Below, in pieces: positions 27,947-37,755 of a DNA stretch of 64,000 nucleotides. Each line of letters begins with the position of its first letter. Position 1 is the first letter of the stretch. The notes beneath the pieces are model-generated. The model made no database searches, had not been told where the DNA came from, and was given only the letters and a program-made list of their open reading frames with translations. The position numbers and the translations under genes were made by a program. Origin of the DNA: an archaeon. Lineage in GTDB: Archaea; Nanobdellota; Nanobdellia; Woesearchaeales; GW2011-AR9. The stretch lies in NCBI GenBank assembly GCA_043812455.1, contig JBDRMB010000029.1, positions 8,303 through 72,302 on the forward strand, written 5' to 3'.

Positions 27947-29089
27947 TCACCCCACTACAAGGTTAATTAATTTGTTTTGTTTTCTGTCTAATGAATATCC
28001 AATGTATTTATAAAATTTTGTGAGGCTACCTTTCCTAGCAATATGTAAATCAAAGCAGAGACTGTATCTTCCAGCATGTGTTCTACTCAAGCGACCTGCA
28101 AAAATTCTGTTTTTAATATCAAGTTCCTTAAGAATTTTGGATTCTCCTTGCAAAAGTTTAGGAGCTTTATTTAACTCACTCAGTAACTTTTTATCTTCAA
28201 TTAGTCCTGATGCTTTCTTGATTGTAATAACCTTGGTTATATGTCCTGTAGGGAATTTGTTAATCAACATAAACTTATCAAGCAGTTCTAATTCTTTTAT
28301 TTGTTTTTTAGTTAAATTATTTAGATGCCTATAACGCGAAAGTGTGATATACCCATAATTTCCTTTCTTATCTTTGTACACTGAAGATTCATCATCAAAC
28401 GCTGCCTTCAAGTAATTCGCTTTCATTTCTTTAGTTCCTTTCTTTATCAACCAAGGTACTTCACCATCAACTGTCGCTTTTCTTCCAGAAATTGCTCCAA
28501 CTCTTAATAAGGACTCACCAATTATAGATGAGCCAATTCTAAGCAGAATACAATTTCTTACAAATTCTTTTTGTATGTGAACCTCGCCAAATAATTTATT
28601 TATTATTTTTATAAAATTCTCTGCAGATTGCTCCTCACCAGCAGCATATTTTGTTCTAAATTTGTTTCTTGCTTTCTTATCTTTGAAAATGCAACCATCA
28701 GAAACAATTAATCCTAAAAGATAAGCACCATCTTCATTGTTGAGGTTTATTGGAAATTTTGGATTTTTTATAGAAATAACTTTCCCTTTTTTAGTCATCA
28801 AGATTTTATCATTCATATAATTATAATTAATCCCTAAGTAATCCAACAATTTCTTAAGTTTCATAACAGAAACCATATTAACACCTTTATTGTTTATCAG
28901 ATTATAAAATGTGGGACTACTCAAGTTCAATTCATTACAAAGCAGAGACAGGTTACCAGCTTTTTTAATTCCTTTTAGGATTAATTTTTCTAGTAGATCA
29001 TCTTTTAGTTCAAATAGAAATGTATCTTTAAGTTGATACCAATGAGTTTCCCAATGAGGGATTGCCAAATCTTCATTAATTGAATTCAT
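27947..29089 (-). CDS. LAGLIDADG-family (double-motif) homing-endonuclease-like protein with N-terminal HTH-like region
   Basis: The two motifs are [14 protein letters not shown] and [14 protein letters not shown] (LAGLIDADG-like), about 100 aa apart. N-terminal [24 protein letters not shown] resembles an HTH. The start is trimmed to ATG 29089, preceded by SD GGAGGT. The stop lies 2 nt before the cysS ATG. Confidence 0.6.
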   Translation of the reverse strand: MNSINEDLAIPHWETHWYQLKDTFLFELKDDLLEKLILKGIKKAGNLSLLCNELNLSSPTFYNLINNKGVNMVSVMKLKKLLDYLGINYNYMNDKILMTKKGKVISIKNPKFPINLNNEDGAYLLGLIVSDGCIFKDKKARNKFRTKYAAGEEQSAENFIKIINKLFGEVHIQKEFVRNCILLRIGSSIIGESLLRVGAISGRKATVDGEVPWLIKKGTKEMKANYLKAAFDDESSVYKDKKGNYGYITLSRYRHLNNLTKKQIKELELLDKFMLINKFPTGHITKVITIKKASGLIEDKKLLSELNKAPKLLQGESKILKELDIKNRIFAGRLSRTHAGRYSLCFDLHIARKGSLTKFYKYIGYSLDRKQNKLINLVVG

Positions 29090-29098
29090 TTTTATTAC

Positions 29099-29128
29099 CT
29101 CCAAGTTTCCACCTACTTAAACTTGGAG
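29099..29128 (-). promoter_or_regulatory. 10-bp perfect inverted repeat (CTCCAAGTTT / AAACTTGGAG) whose 3' arm contains the SD of the LAGLIDADG gene
   Basis: The arms are 29099-29108 and 29119-29128 with a 10-nt loop. The SD GGAGGT (minus strand) lies at 29097-29102. The predicted mRNA hairpin would occlude the ribosome-binding site. Confidence 0.3.
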
Positions 29129-29336
29129 TTAGTTAGAAAAAGAGTAGTATAGCGTAACTCATTAAATTTCTTTATGTAAGGCAAAAGAATTTTATTGGGA
29201 GTTTTGCGTAGCTCTCTTTCTCTATTTTACTAGTTAAACTAGTATATAAAGAATTTGTATACTTGACCAGTGTATTTCGCTAGAAATAAACAGAAAATCT
29301 CTGATTTTCAAGTGGGTATGTGGTCAGATATATTAA

Positions 29337-29825
29337 TTACTTAACCTTAACATAATTTGTCAACCCCTGAGTTATTAACAATACTGCTAACGCCCCCAAA
29401 CATAACGATATTAACCAAACCAGATATCCAAATGCCTTAATCATACTTGCTAGCATTATTACCTCAGAAATAAATTGCGCAACAATTTTAGAACTTGATG
29501 CTGAATATTCTAGATATACTTCAGAACTGTTATCTTTCTGAACATTACGATATTCATCTTCAGTTAAACTATATTTTGACATTAAATAGTTATTATTAGT
29601 TTCTCCTACTTCTGCCCAAGATTCAGCAATATCTCTAATTCCTGAGACTAGAATTGCATCATCAGTATCATCATAAACATCATTTAAATCCCCTAAAAGT
29701 AAATCATAAGCAACATAATACGATCCAGCCAGTGCTAAAAATAGGAATACACAACCAAAAGCAATCTGCACCAAAGCAATATCTTTTAGAATTTTATTTT
29801 TATCTTTTATATCTTTCATTTTCAT
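29337..29825 (-). CDS. hypothetical membrane protein (two TM segments)
   Basis: 162 aa. The hydrophobic segments are IALVQIAFGCVFLFLALAGSYYVAY and VIMLASMIKAFGYLVWLISLCLGALAVLLI. Confidence 0.4.
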   Translation of the reverse strand: MKMKDIKDKNKILKDIALVQIAFGCVFLFLALAGSYYVAYDLLLGDLNDVYDDTDDAILVSGIRDIAESWAEVGETNNNYLMSKYSLTEDEYRNVQKDNSSEVYLEYSASSSKIVAQFISEVIMLASMIKAFGYLVWLISLCLGALAVLLITQGLTNYVKVK

Positions 29826-30488
29826 CTACCGTTCAGCCTTTTTCAAGTCTTTCCACCAATCATTGCAACTGATGGTTTCAATTTCCTTTAACATTCTCTT
29901 TGAATTTTCAGTCACTAAAACTTCTCTGATATTATCAATCCAGTTCTGAGCATCTTTATATCCAATTTCAATATATTCTTTTGCTTGGAAGGCATTTTCA
30001 AGCAGGTCAGCATCCCTAGCGATGATAGATTCTTTAGTTTTCTGCGCTTGAAATTCTTCATGAAATCCAAATATCTCTTCGCCAACATCCCCAAGATTTT
30101 CGGTCTGCTCTCCATGTGCAGCAGTTTCAGCTTTTCTGAAATCAATATAACGATGTCCTACTTTGTGTAAATCATTTAATCTTGCCTCATGTAAATCATT
30201 AAACAAGCACATCATTGTAACTTTATTAACATCAACACTACTAACATTAATATTATCTTTTCCTTTGAAGCTGTCTTTACTTTTTCCAGAGCCATTTTCC
30301 ATCTTTGCAAGAACATAACCTATAACCGCTGCCCGAAAACTGTGTTCAGCAACATTTTCTGGATCTTTAACATTGATCAGCCACCAGCCACTTCTTTTAA
30401 CATGTTTGAGAGCACCTAGTTCAAATAAAAAGTTAGTAAAATTGTTTACTTCACTAATTTTATTACTTTTAGCCATTGTTTTTGCCAT
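29826..30488 (-). CDS. HD-superfamily phosphohydrolase, YfbR-like 5'-deoxynucleotidase family (HD dyad reads ND)
   Basis: KRSGWWLINVKDPENVAEHSFRAAV and ARDADLLE match the YfbR-family pattern RSGW...ESVAEHS...K.ADKLE. The usual LxHDLxEA reads LFNDLHEA. Confidence 0.55.
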   Translation of the reverse strand: MAKTMAKSNKISEVNNFTNFLFELGALKHVKRSGWWLINVKDPENVAEHSFRAAVIGYVLAKMENGSGKSKDSFKGKDNINVSSVDVNKVTMMCLFNDLHEARLNDLHKVGHRYIDFRKAETAAHGEQTENLGDVGEEIFGFHEEFQAQKTKESIIARDADLLENAFQAKEYIEIGYKDAQNWIDNIREVLVTENSKRMLKEIETISCNDWWKDLKKAER

Positions 30489-30491
30489 CTT

Positions 30492-31127
30492 TTACAATTC
30501 TAACACTTCAGCTTTATTTAAACTTTCTTCTTGTAAAGTCTTCAGGTCTAGCTTTTTTAATTCCAGTTCAATATTCTCTTGCTTAGATCTAGTTGCAGGG
30601 TGTTTCGGTCCGAGCAAACAACAGATTTCTGGTCCTTTCGAAATTTCATAAGTTTCAATTTCTTTGGCAATTTCAATGATTTCTTGTTTGTCGTAAGTCA
30701 AAAGTGGCCGGAGAATTTCTAAGCTTAGTTGGCTGCTGATAACTTCAAGATTACTCAATGTCTGGCTGCTTACTTGCGCAAGATTTTCTCCTGTGATCAA
30801 AAATTTAGCGCCTTCTTTTTCAGCGACCATCTCTGCTGCTTGGAACATGGCAATCTTTTGCAAGATGAAATAATTCTTATGCTGACACTTATTTACTAAT
30901 TCTTTAAGCACATTAGCAAAAGGCACTAAATAAACTTTTTTAACGCCAAGCTTCTTAACCAGCTCTTTTACTTTGTCTAACTCTTTCTCATCGGTCAACG
31001 GCACTTGATGGAAATGCACTGCAATGATGTCTAATTTTTCTTTCATTAGGTACCCTGCAACTACTGAATCAAATCCCCCTGACAAGAGTAATATGGCTTT
31101 TTTCATCTTTTTATTGGAATCCTCCAT
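30492..31127 (-). CDS. PP-loop ATP pyrophosphatase, ThiI-like (tRNA 4-thiouridine synthase catalytic domain only, no THUMP)
   Basis: KKAILLLSGGFDSVVAGYLM is the SGGxDS PP-loop. IAVHFHQVPL resembles the ThiI HF motif. At 211 aa it is much shorter than full-length ThiI. Confidence 0.55.
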   Translation of the reverse strand: MEDSNKKMKKAILLLSGGFDSVVAGYLMKEKLDIIAVHFHQVPLTDEKELDKVKELVKKLGVKKVYLVPFANVLKELVNKCQHKNYFILQKIAMFQAAEMVAEKEGAKFLITGENLAQVSSQTLSNLEVISSQLSLEILRPLLTYDKQEIIEIAKEIETYEISKGPEICCLLGPKHPATRSKQENIELELKKLDLKTLQEESLNKAEVLEL

Positions 31128-32524
31128 TTTTGAACTTGACTATTAATTTTATATTTATAGACTTTGCCCGATTTATAACGTTCCAAAACATCACAGCTTA
31201 ACAAAAATTCTAAATATTTGTATAGAGTCGAATATCCAACTTCGGTTTCTCTGGAGATTTTAGATTTGAGCTCATAAAGAGTCTTGTCTTTACAATTAAA
31301 CAACATTAAAAAATCACCGAGCTTTACACTCATGCTTGAGTGTGAGAAACGATTTAAATAATCAGTTGCTACTACTAGAGATGCCGGTTTGTAAGAATAG
31401 TTTCTAGTTAATAATTCATATTTTGTAGTCCCAGGAAAAAATAAAAAAGATAAATCCTTATTACTTTTTTTCCTTACTTTTATTGTGTAACATCCTTTTT
31501 TGTCAACTTTTTTAGAACAATTGGAAATAATTTTCTTTTTATTAAAATAATTAGCTAAATCTACTGACATTAATTTACTTTTAGTTTGTAAATTTATGTT
31601 TCCATCTAATTCCACTGAACCATCAAATTGCAAAAAACCCCTGACAAATGCATCATTAAAAATTAATGAAGAAGTTTTAATAATTGAAGGGATACTTACA
31701 GAATTAGATTTTGCTCCGTGATTAAAGCCTAAGAATTTTATTAAATGGCGAATAATTATCTTATTTCCTATTGTAAGGTGCCAAGCTCCTACTTCTTTAA
31801 ACTTTTGAGGAGAATAAACAATTTCAAAGCAATTATTAAATTGTTTTGCTAATTTCTCCAAAGGTAATTTTGAACCTTCAACTATCCTTAAGAAATAACT
31901 TACTTTAATTCTCTCAAAGCACCCATAATCTTTTACTATTGGAAGTAATTTAGCAATTGAATCTTCATTAGAACAAAATGTAAAATAACAGTGTTTTATA
32001 GAAGAATCATAACAAACATTTACTTTCCTACCAAATTTCTTATTTACATCATCAATTAAACTAAGTTCTGGTTTAGTCTTAAAAATGATATTAATTCTCA
32101 ATGGAAGCGTGCCATCAGCAGCATGAGCTCCCGCAATTTCACATAAGGGGATAGTTAATTGCTTCAAAGCCTTAACTTTTTGTGAAGTCGAGCCTGCAGT
32201 CTTGAGTAACTTTATATTAGAATTAATCTCTTTTACAAGTTTACTTTTGCTTTTGGAAGAAATTTTCAGCAATTCTAAAAATAGAGGTATGGAAAACCAG
32301 CTTTTACGAAAACTTAGATATTTTTCAATTGTATCATACGAACAATTCAACTGTTCTGCGAGATAATTAATTAAATCTTTTTTATATTGATATTTTTGAA
32401 GAATATCTCTTAAAATAAAATTGATAGTTCTCCTAGTCTCATTGTTTAAATCAAAACAAATCCATGAAAAAGGTCTTACATCTATCCTTTCATCGTGAAG
32501 TTCTAATAAATTGAATTTTTTCAT
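31103..32524 (-). CDS. LAGLIDADG-family (double-motif) protein with N-terminal HTH-like region, second copy
   Basis: The two motifs are CEIAGAHAADGTL and FVRGFLQFDGSVELDG. The N-terminal DLINYLAEQLNCSYDTIEKYL is HTH-like. 473 aa. Confidence 0.5.
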   Translation of the reverse strand: MKKFNLLELHDERIDVRPFSWICFDLNNETRRTINFILRDILQKYQYKKDLINYLAEQLNCSYDTIEKYLSFRKSWFSIPLFLELLKISSKSKSKLVKEINSNIKLLKTAGSTSQKVKALKQLTIPLCEIAGAHAADGTLPLRINIIFKTKPELSLIDDVNKKFGRKVNVCYDSSIKHCYFTFCSNEDSIAKLLPIVKDYGCFERIKVSYFLRIVEGSKLPLEKLAKQFNNCFEIVYSPQKFKEVGAWHLTIGNKIIIRHLIKFLGFNHGAKSNSVSIPSIIKTSSLIFNDAFVRGFLQFDGSVELDGNINLQTKSKLMSVDLANYFNKKKIISNCSKKVDKKGCYTIKVRKKSNKDLSFLFFPGTTKYELLTRNYSYKPASLVVATDYLNRFSHSSMSVKLGDFLMLFNCKDKTLYELKSKISRETEVGYSTLYKYLEFLLSCDVLERYKSGKVYKYKINSQVQKWRIPIKR

Positions 32525-32802
32525 TGTTTTTAAATCACCAAGATATTAATTCATAATGAAGTAACATAAAATATTTCATCTTTCAGCGAAAGCTTAATTT
32601 AGTAACTGAAGGTACTTACAAGGGATTTAAATGATTAAGTAGAAAATTAATTTATAAGCTTTACGTCGATAATTGATCAGACCCGATAAAAGTGCAATCG
32701 CTTTTTGTTTTTTACTCATTTTTCTGAGCAATATATTTTTAACCTATTTTACAATACTTATCATATAACTTAAACAAAAAACTTAAAACGTTTAGATTAT
32801 TA

Positions 32803-34797
32803 TTGATTAATACCTTCACAAAAATGAGAAAAATTATCCTTTTGTTAATAATTATTAGCTTAATACTAGTTAGCACAGCAGTTGCAGAAAATCTTTACTT
32901 TTATGATAGTTTAGACATCAGCTTAGATGTTAACGGGCAACTATCTCTTTACGAAGCAGGAAATAATCCAGAGGTCAGTGAACTTACCACTACATTATTA
33001 CTCTATCCCGAAGAAGATTACCGACAAGAACTGTTAAGTTTCCAATCTAGTGGTGAAGTTGAAGAAAACAAAGTTGTTTTCTATTGGAAAGACCCTACCC
33101 TTGGCGAGAAGGATTATTCTTTCCAATCATTAGTAAGAACTACCTATCACCGCAACCAGATCAGCGAAAAAATATTTTTTCCAACAGAATTTACTGAACA
33201 AGAAATTGAAGAAGAACAGCTTTATTTATATTTAGAAGATTCTGAAATTATTGATTGGAATGAACCAAGTATTATTGCTCAAGCTAATGAACTTACTGCA
33301 GATAGTGACGATTATTTTGAAGTAGTTTTTTTACTGGCCTCTTGGGTAGAAGAAAACATTGAATATGATTTGAACTCATTGACTGCTAAATCCAGCCAAA
33401 AATCAAGTTGGGTATTAGAAAACAAAGAAGGGGTATGTGACGAAATGACTTCTTTATTCATCTCCATGTGTCGATCACAAGGAATTCCCGCTAGGTTTGT
33501 AACTGGAGTATCTTATACTAACTCACCATTATTTGCTGAACCTTGGCAAGCCCACGGTTGGGCAGAAGTTTATTTTCCTAATCATGGTTGGGTCAGTTTT
33601 GATCCTACGTTTGGGGAATATGGTTATATTGATTCCACTCATGTTAAACTTAAAGATGATGCTGATCCTAGTGAAGCTTCTACACTTTACGAATGGACTG
33701 CCCATAACGTTAATATTGTCAGCAAAGAACTTGACTTTGATGTTGATGTTGTTGGTTATGGAGATCAGATAGATAAAGAATTTTCATTAGAAATGTCAAG
33801 TTTGGGAGAAGAATTGGCCTTTGGCAGTTATAATTTGATTACAGCAATAATCAAAAATGAAAAGGAATATTATTCAGCAAGCACATTGACATTAACCGTG
33901 CCAGAAGAAATTCAAATTATTAATAATAAAAAACAAACAGTATTATTAGAACCTAAAGAAGTACAAGAATTATACTGGATTATCAAGATTCCTCAAAACC
34001 TAAATGAAGGATATCGATATGAATTTCCTTATACAATCTCCACTGAAAAGAATTTAAGTATTGAAGATTCTTTCTTCTCACAGAAAAGTGCAGTATCTTA
34101 CACTAAATCTGAAGTAGAAGATCTTATTCCAGAAGATCTTGACGAGAATAGTTACTCCAGGGTGCTTGTTTTATCTTGTGAATACCAAGAAGAAGTTCAA
34201 GTTAACCAAGATAATATAATTTCTTGTTCGTTAAAGAATTCAGGAGATACCAAACTCGAAAATCTTAATTTTTGTATTGCAAATGAATGTTTAAATATTG
34301 ATCAATTGCCAATTAGTAAAGAATATAGTTATGAAGTTGAATTAAGTTCATTAGAAGCTGGCTGGAAAACTGTCTTTGTCTCAGCAAAAAATGATCTGGT
34401 TCAAAAAGGCCAATACTTAACCTACCAAGTCTTAGATCAAGCTTCATTAGAATTTTCTTACTCAGTTTCAGAGAATATTCATTATGGCGAAGAATTCTTA
34501 ATTACAATCTCTTTGATTCCGGATTCATTTACAATACCACAAAACCTTACTATGACAATAACTTTGCCAGGGAAGATTAACACTTGGGAAATTAGTGAAC
34601 TTACCCAGCAACAAGACATTATTTTAGAGATTAATAGTCTGGGACTTGGCTCTGAAAACTATTTACCATTAGAACTTGCTTGGCAGGATGAACAAGGTAA
34701 TGAATTTAGTTATTATGAAGAAATTTTAGTTGAGATTGAAAGCAATACTTTTTGGGACAAAGTAGTCATGTTTTTTAACACACTAACCAGTTTTTAG
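32803..34797 (+). CDS. secreted transglutaminase-like cysteine protease superfamily protein
   Basis: The signal peptide is MRKIILLLIIISLILVSTAVA. The Cys-His-Asp triad context is EGVCDEMTSLFISMCRSQGIPARFV ... HGWAEVYFPNHGWVSFDPT. A long C-terminal beta-rich region follows. Confidence 0.65.
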   Translation: MINTFTKMRKIILLLIIISLILVSTAVAENLYFYDSLDISLDVNGQLSLYEAGNNPEVSELTTTLLLYPEEDYRQELLSFQSSGEVEENKVVFYWKDPTLGEKDYSFQSLVRTTYHRNQISEKIFFPTEFTEQEIEEEQLYLYLEDSEIIDWNEPSIIAQANELTADSDDYFEVVFLLASWVEENIEYDLNSLTAKSSQKSSWVLENKEGVCDEMTSLFISMCRSQGIPARFVTGVSYTNSPLFAEPWQAHGWAEVYFPNHGWVSFDPTFGEYGYIDSTHVKLKDDADPSEASTLYEWTAHNVNIVSKELDFDVDVVGYGDQIDKEFSLEMSSLGEELAFGSYNLITAIIKNEKEYYSASTLTLTVPEEIQIINNKKQTVLLEPKEVQELYWIIKIPQNLNEGYRYEFPYTISTEKNLSIEDSFFSQKSAVSYTKSEVEDLIPEDLDENSYSRVLVLSCEYQEEVQVNQDNIISCSLKNSGDTKLENLNFCIANECLNIDQLPISKEYSYEVELSSLEAGWKTVFVSAKNDLVQKGQYLTYQVLDQASLEFSYSVSENIHYGEEFLITISLIPDSFTIPQNLTMTITLPGKINTWEISELTQQQDIILEINSLGLGSENYLPLELAWQDEQGNEFSYYEEILVEIESNTFWDKVVMFFNTLTSF

Positions 34798-34849
34798 AAT
34801 TTATATATCAAAATTGGAATTATTGAAAAAAAAAGAAAAAAAATAAAAT

Positions 34850-35074
34850 TTATTTCTTCTTAGCAGTTTTCTTCTTAGCTACTTTTTTCTTAGCTACTTT
34901 TTTCTTAGCTACTTTTTTCTTAGCTACTTTTTTCTTAGCTACTGCTTTCTTAACTGCTTTCTTTTTAGCAACTTTTCTTTTAACTGCTTTTTTCTTAGCT
35001 ACTGCTTTCTTAGCAACTTTCCTTTTAACAGTCTTTTTCTTAGCTGCCTTCTTCTTCATAACTTTCTTAGCCAT
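34850..35074 (-). CDS. lysine/alanine-rich basic protein (74 aa) built of KKxVAKK repeats; histone-H1/Hc1-like nucleoid protein candidate
   Basis: The whole translation is low-complexity K/A/V and is encoded by 15-nt tandem repeats. Confidence 0.5.
   Translation of the reverse strand: MAKKVMKKKAAKKKTVKRKVAKKAVAKKKAVKRKVAKKKAVKKAVAKKKVAKKKVAKKKVAKKKVAKKKTAKKK
34876..34950. repeat. tandem repeat, 15-nt unit TAGCTACTTTTTTCT x about 5 (coding for KKVAK units on minus strand)
   Basis: Read directly from the sequence: four exact copies plus one variant (TAGCTACTGCTTTCT). Confidence 0.75.
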
Positions 35075-35384
35075 CGTAATTCACCTCTTATTTACTAAGT
35101 TGGGTGTAGAAAGTTTTTTTCCTTTTTAAAAGTTTCCTTTTTCAAAATATTTTTTAAAAATATTTTTGTTAACACTGATAATTAAAAATTTAAGATCATG
35201 AAAAATTAAAAATTAAACACATTATTTTATCGACGATAAAACTCTGCAAGATATCATTGGGATCAAGAATGAATAAAACTGTCAAAACAATAATTACAAA
35301 TTACTTAAATAAAACTTAATTACTTACTTTCAAACTTCAAAAAGTTTATATAATCAAAGCATTGAGAATATTCTGAGGGTAAAA

Positions 35385-36356
35385 ATGATAAGTTCAATCT
35401 GGACAGAAAAGTATCGGCCGCAACAATTTGGCGACGTTAAAGGTCAAAAAGAGATTATAGAAAAAGTTCAAGCATTTGTTAGTTCACACAATATGCCACA
35501 TTTATTATTCTCAGGTCCGGCTGGCGTTGGTAAAACTACATTATCATTAGTAATTGCTAAAGAATTATTTGGTGAAAGTTGGAGAGAAAACATCTTGGAG
35601 CTTAATGCCAGTGATGAACGTGGGATTGATGTTATCAGAACCAAGGTTAAAGATTTTGCAAGAACTAAAGCCATTGGAGATATACCTTTCAAAGTAATAT
35701 ATCTTGACGAAAGTGACGCTTTAACCAGGGAAGCACAACAAGCTTTACGTCGAACAATGGAAAATTATACCAAAACTTGCCGATTCATATTAAGTTGCAA
35801 TTTTTCATCCAAGATTATTGATCCAATCCAGTCAAGATGCGCAGTGTTTAGATTTAAACCATTAAGCAAAGATGATGTTATTGAAGTTATTAACAAGATT
35901 TCACAACAAGAAAGTCTTAGCGTTCCTGAAGATGTAAAAGATGCTTTATATGAAATATCTGATGGTGACTGCCGAAAGTTAGAGAACGTTTTACAAAGTT
36001 GTGCAGTTATCAAGAAAGATCTTGATTTAGAATTAGTATATTCTATGGCTTCTGCAGCAAAACCTAAAGAGATAAAGGAAGTGTTAGAACTTGCTTTAAA
36101 ACAAGATTTTCTGACCTCACGGAAAAAATTATTAGACCTTATGCTGAACTATGGTCTTTCTGGAATTGATGTAATCAAACAAGTTCAAAAGGCAATCTGG
36201 CAATTAGATTTTAATATAATATCCGATGATAAAAAAGTAACTTTGATTGATAAATGTGGTGAAATTGAGTTCAGAATAGTTGAAGGTAGTGATGAATATC
36301 TACAGTTGGAAGCTTTCTTAGCATTTGTAATGTTGCAAGGAACTAAATCTGTTTAA
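35385..36356 (+). CDS. rfcS: replication factor C small subunit
   Basis: Walker A FSGPAGVGKTT, DExx box IYLDESDAL, SRC motif IDPIQSRCAVFRF, and an N-terminal KYRP motif typical of RFC/clamp loaders. A TATA-like TTTATATAA lies about 32 nt upstream. Confidence 0.9.
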   Translation: MISSIWTEKYRPQQFGDVKGQKEIIEKVQAFVSSHNMPHLLFSGPAGVGKTTLSLVIAKELFGESWRENILELNASDERGIDVIRTKVKDFARTKAIGDIPFKVIYLDESDALTREAQQALRRTMENYTKTCRFILSCNFSSKIIDPIQSRCAVFRFKPLSKDDVIEVINKISQQESLSVPEDVKDALYEISDGDCRKLENVLQSCAVIKKDLDLELVYSMASAAKPKEIKEVLELALKQDFLTSRKKLLDLMLNYGLSGIDVIKQVQKAIWQLDFNIISDDKKVTLIDKCGEIEFRIVEGSDEYLQLEAFLAFVMLQGTKSV

Positions 36357-36371
36357 GATGAATAAATCACA

Positions 36372-36653
36372 ATGAAAAACCTAAAATTTCATCCTTCTTT
36401 GATTGAAAAAATTTTAAGTGGTCATAAAGTAACCACTTGGCGTTTATTTGATGATAAAGATTTGACTAAAGGTGATAATCTTATATTCCTAAATTCAGAT
36501 ACTAAAGAAGAGTTCGCTAAGGCAAGAATCGTTAGTGTTAAAGAAACAACTTTTGAGAATCTAACAGATAAAGATTGGGAAGGCCATGAAAAGTTTTCTT
36601 CAGATGAAGAAATGTATAGAGCATATCAAGATTATTATCAAAAAAAAAAGTAA
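36372..36653 (+). CDS. ASCH/PUA-like domain protein (93 aa)
   Basis: Its size and the pattern IEKILSGHKVTTWRL...GDNLIFL resemble ASCH-domain proteins. Weak. Confidence 0.4.
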   Translation: MKNLKFHPSLIEKILSGHKVTTWRLFDDKDLTKGDNLIFLNSDTKEEFAKARIVSVKETTFENLTDKDWEGHEKFSSDEEMYRAYQDYYQKKK

Positions 36654-36722
36654 ATAAGAATACAAAAGTTAAAGTGATAAAATTTAAATTAAAATAAAGA
36701 AAAAATAAAAATTCTTTGACAA

Positions 36723-37634
36723 TTAACTTGCACTTTCTTTGATTCTTAACTTCTCAAAAATCAAATCTTGGTAAGTGTATGAGAAAGTTAAAGTTATAGA
36801 ATCGCTGTAAAGATCACTCTCAGCCAAAGGTTCATTTAATCGACAGATAACTTCTGCTTTTCCATCAATCATCCTAGCTTCATTCAACTGACCACCAGAT
36901 TTACATTCCCAGTCTTCTGGACTTTCAATTTCGTAAGCCACTTGACTGAACCGATTATCAAAATCTTCACTTTGAATAGTGGAATCACCAGTGCCAACAT
37001 TACTTACTTGTATTTTTAACAACACAATTCCTTTCCCAGCAGTATCTTCCTCAACTGAAGTTATGGTAATTGGTGCTCCTGAAACTGAATAAGACTTGTA
37101 TTCTTGAACTTCGCAAACCTTTTCATCAGTTAGATCTCCCTTAAAACAAACATCATTAATGATTAATGTTGTTTCATAATCATACTTATAATTAATGTTC
37201 CAAGTAACATCGTTATATCCAATAATTTCGCTGTTATACTTAGCATAAGCATTTGGAGTAAAAGAGATTATTTCCTCACCACCAGTAGGATTGAATTCAG
37301 AAATTTTCTCAATTTCTTCAGTGTTTGACTTTTCCCAATCGGGAATATTACTAAAATCTTCATGTGCTGGGCCTATTAAGGTTAAAACCACATCACCAGG
37401 TTCAACAGTATTTTCACCCATGTTTTTTATTACCAATTCTATTGGAAAATCTTCAGTATCAAAAATAGTATAAACACCATCTTCCATAATACTAAACGGT
37501 TCGAAACTTAATACAATCCCGTCTGTTCCACCAATGAAAGCTCCACTTGTAGTATCAACTTGTTGACCCTGACAAGCTGTTAAAAGAATTAAACTGACCA
37601 AAGCCAGTACCAATAATAATTTTTTGAAAACCAT
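36723..37634 (-). CDS. secreted lipoprotein, paralogue 1 of a three-copy family in the surface cluster (lipobox LLTAC)
   Basis: The N-terminus is MVFKKLLLVLALVSLILLTACQG. It shares a segmental pattern with 38286 and 39336 (..ELxIKNxGxxxxxxxxxxLxLxGxxxxxF.., later GG.G.P....VEE). Confidence 0.5.
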   Translation of the reverse strand: MVFKKLLLVLALVSLILLTACQGQQVDTTSGAFIGGTDGIVLSFEPFSIMEDGVYTIFDTEDFPIELVIKNMGENTVEPGDVVLTLIGPAHEDFSNIPDWEKSNTEEIEKISEFNPTGGEEIISFTPNAYAKYNSEIIGYNDVTWNINYKYDYETTLIINDVCFKGDLTDEKVCEVQEYKSYSVSGAPITITSVEEDTAGKGIVLLKIQVSNVGTGDSTIQSEDFDNRFSQVAYEIESPEDWECKSGGQLNEARMIDGKAEVICRLNEPLAESDLYSDSITLTFSYTYQDLIFEKLRIKESAS

Positions 37635-37755
37635 CCTAACAACCTCTTTATGTTTGTCTTTAATCGTGTTTGATCAATAATTTAGTATTTAAACGTATTA
37701 AACTAAGAAAAAAAGAGTTTAGCTATAAAAAATCTTCGCTTTTCTAAGCTAAAAA

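Noticed and set aside
27947-32524. LAGLIDADG proteins as inteins
   Set aside because: Both are free-standing ORFs with their own start and stop codons and upstream SD or promoter context. They lack flanking Hint-domain blocks or host-protein extein sequence.
35080-35384. Replication origin next to rfcS, suggested by the AT-rich spacer with palindromes
   Set aside because: No Orc1/Cdc6 gene and no ORB-like repeated boxes are present. AT-rich palindromes are common in this genome's intergenic DNA, so the evidence is insufficient.
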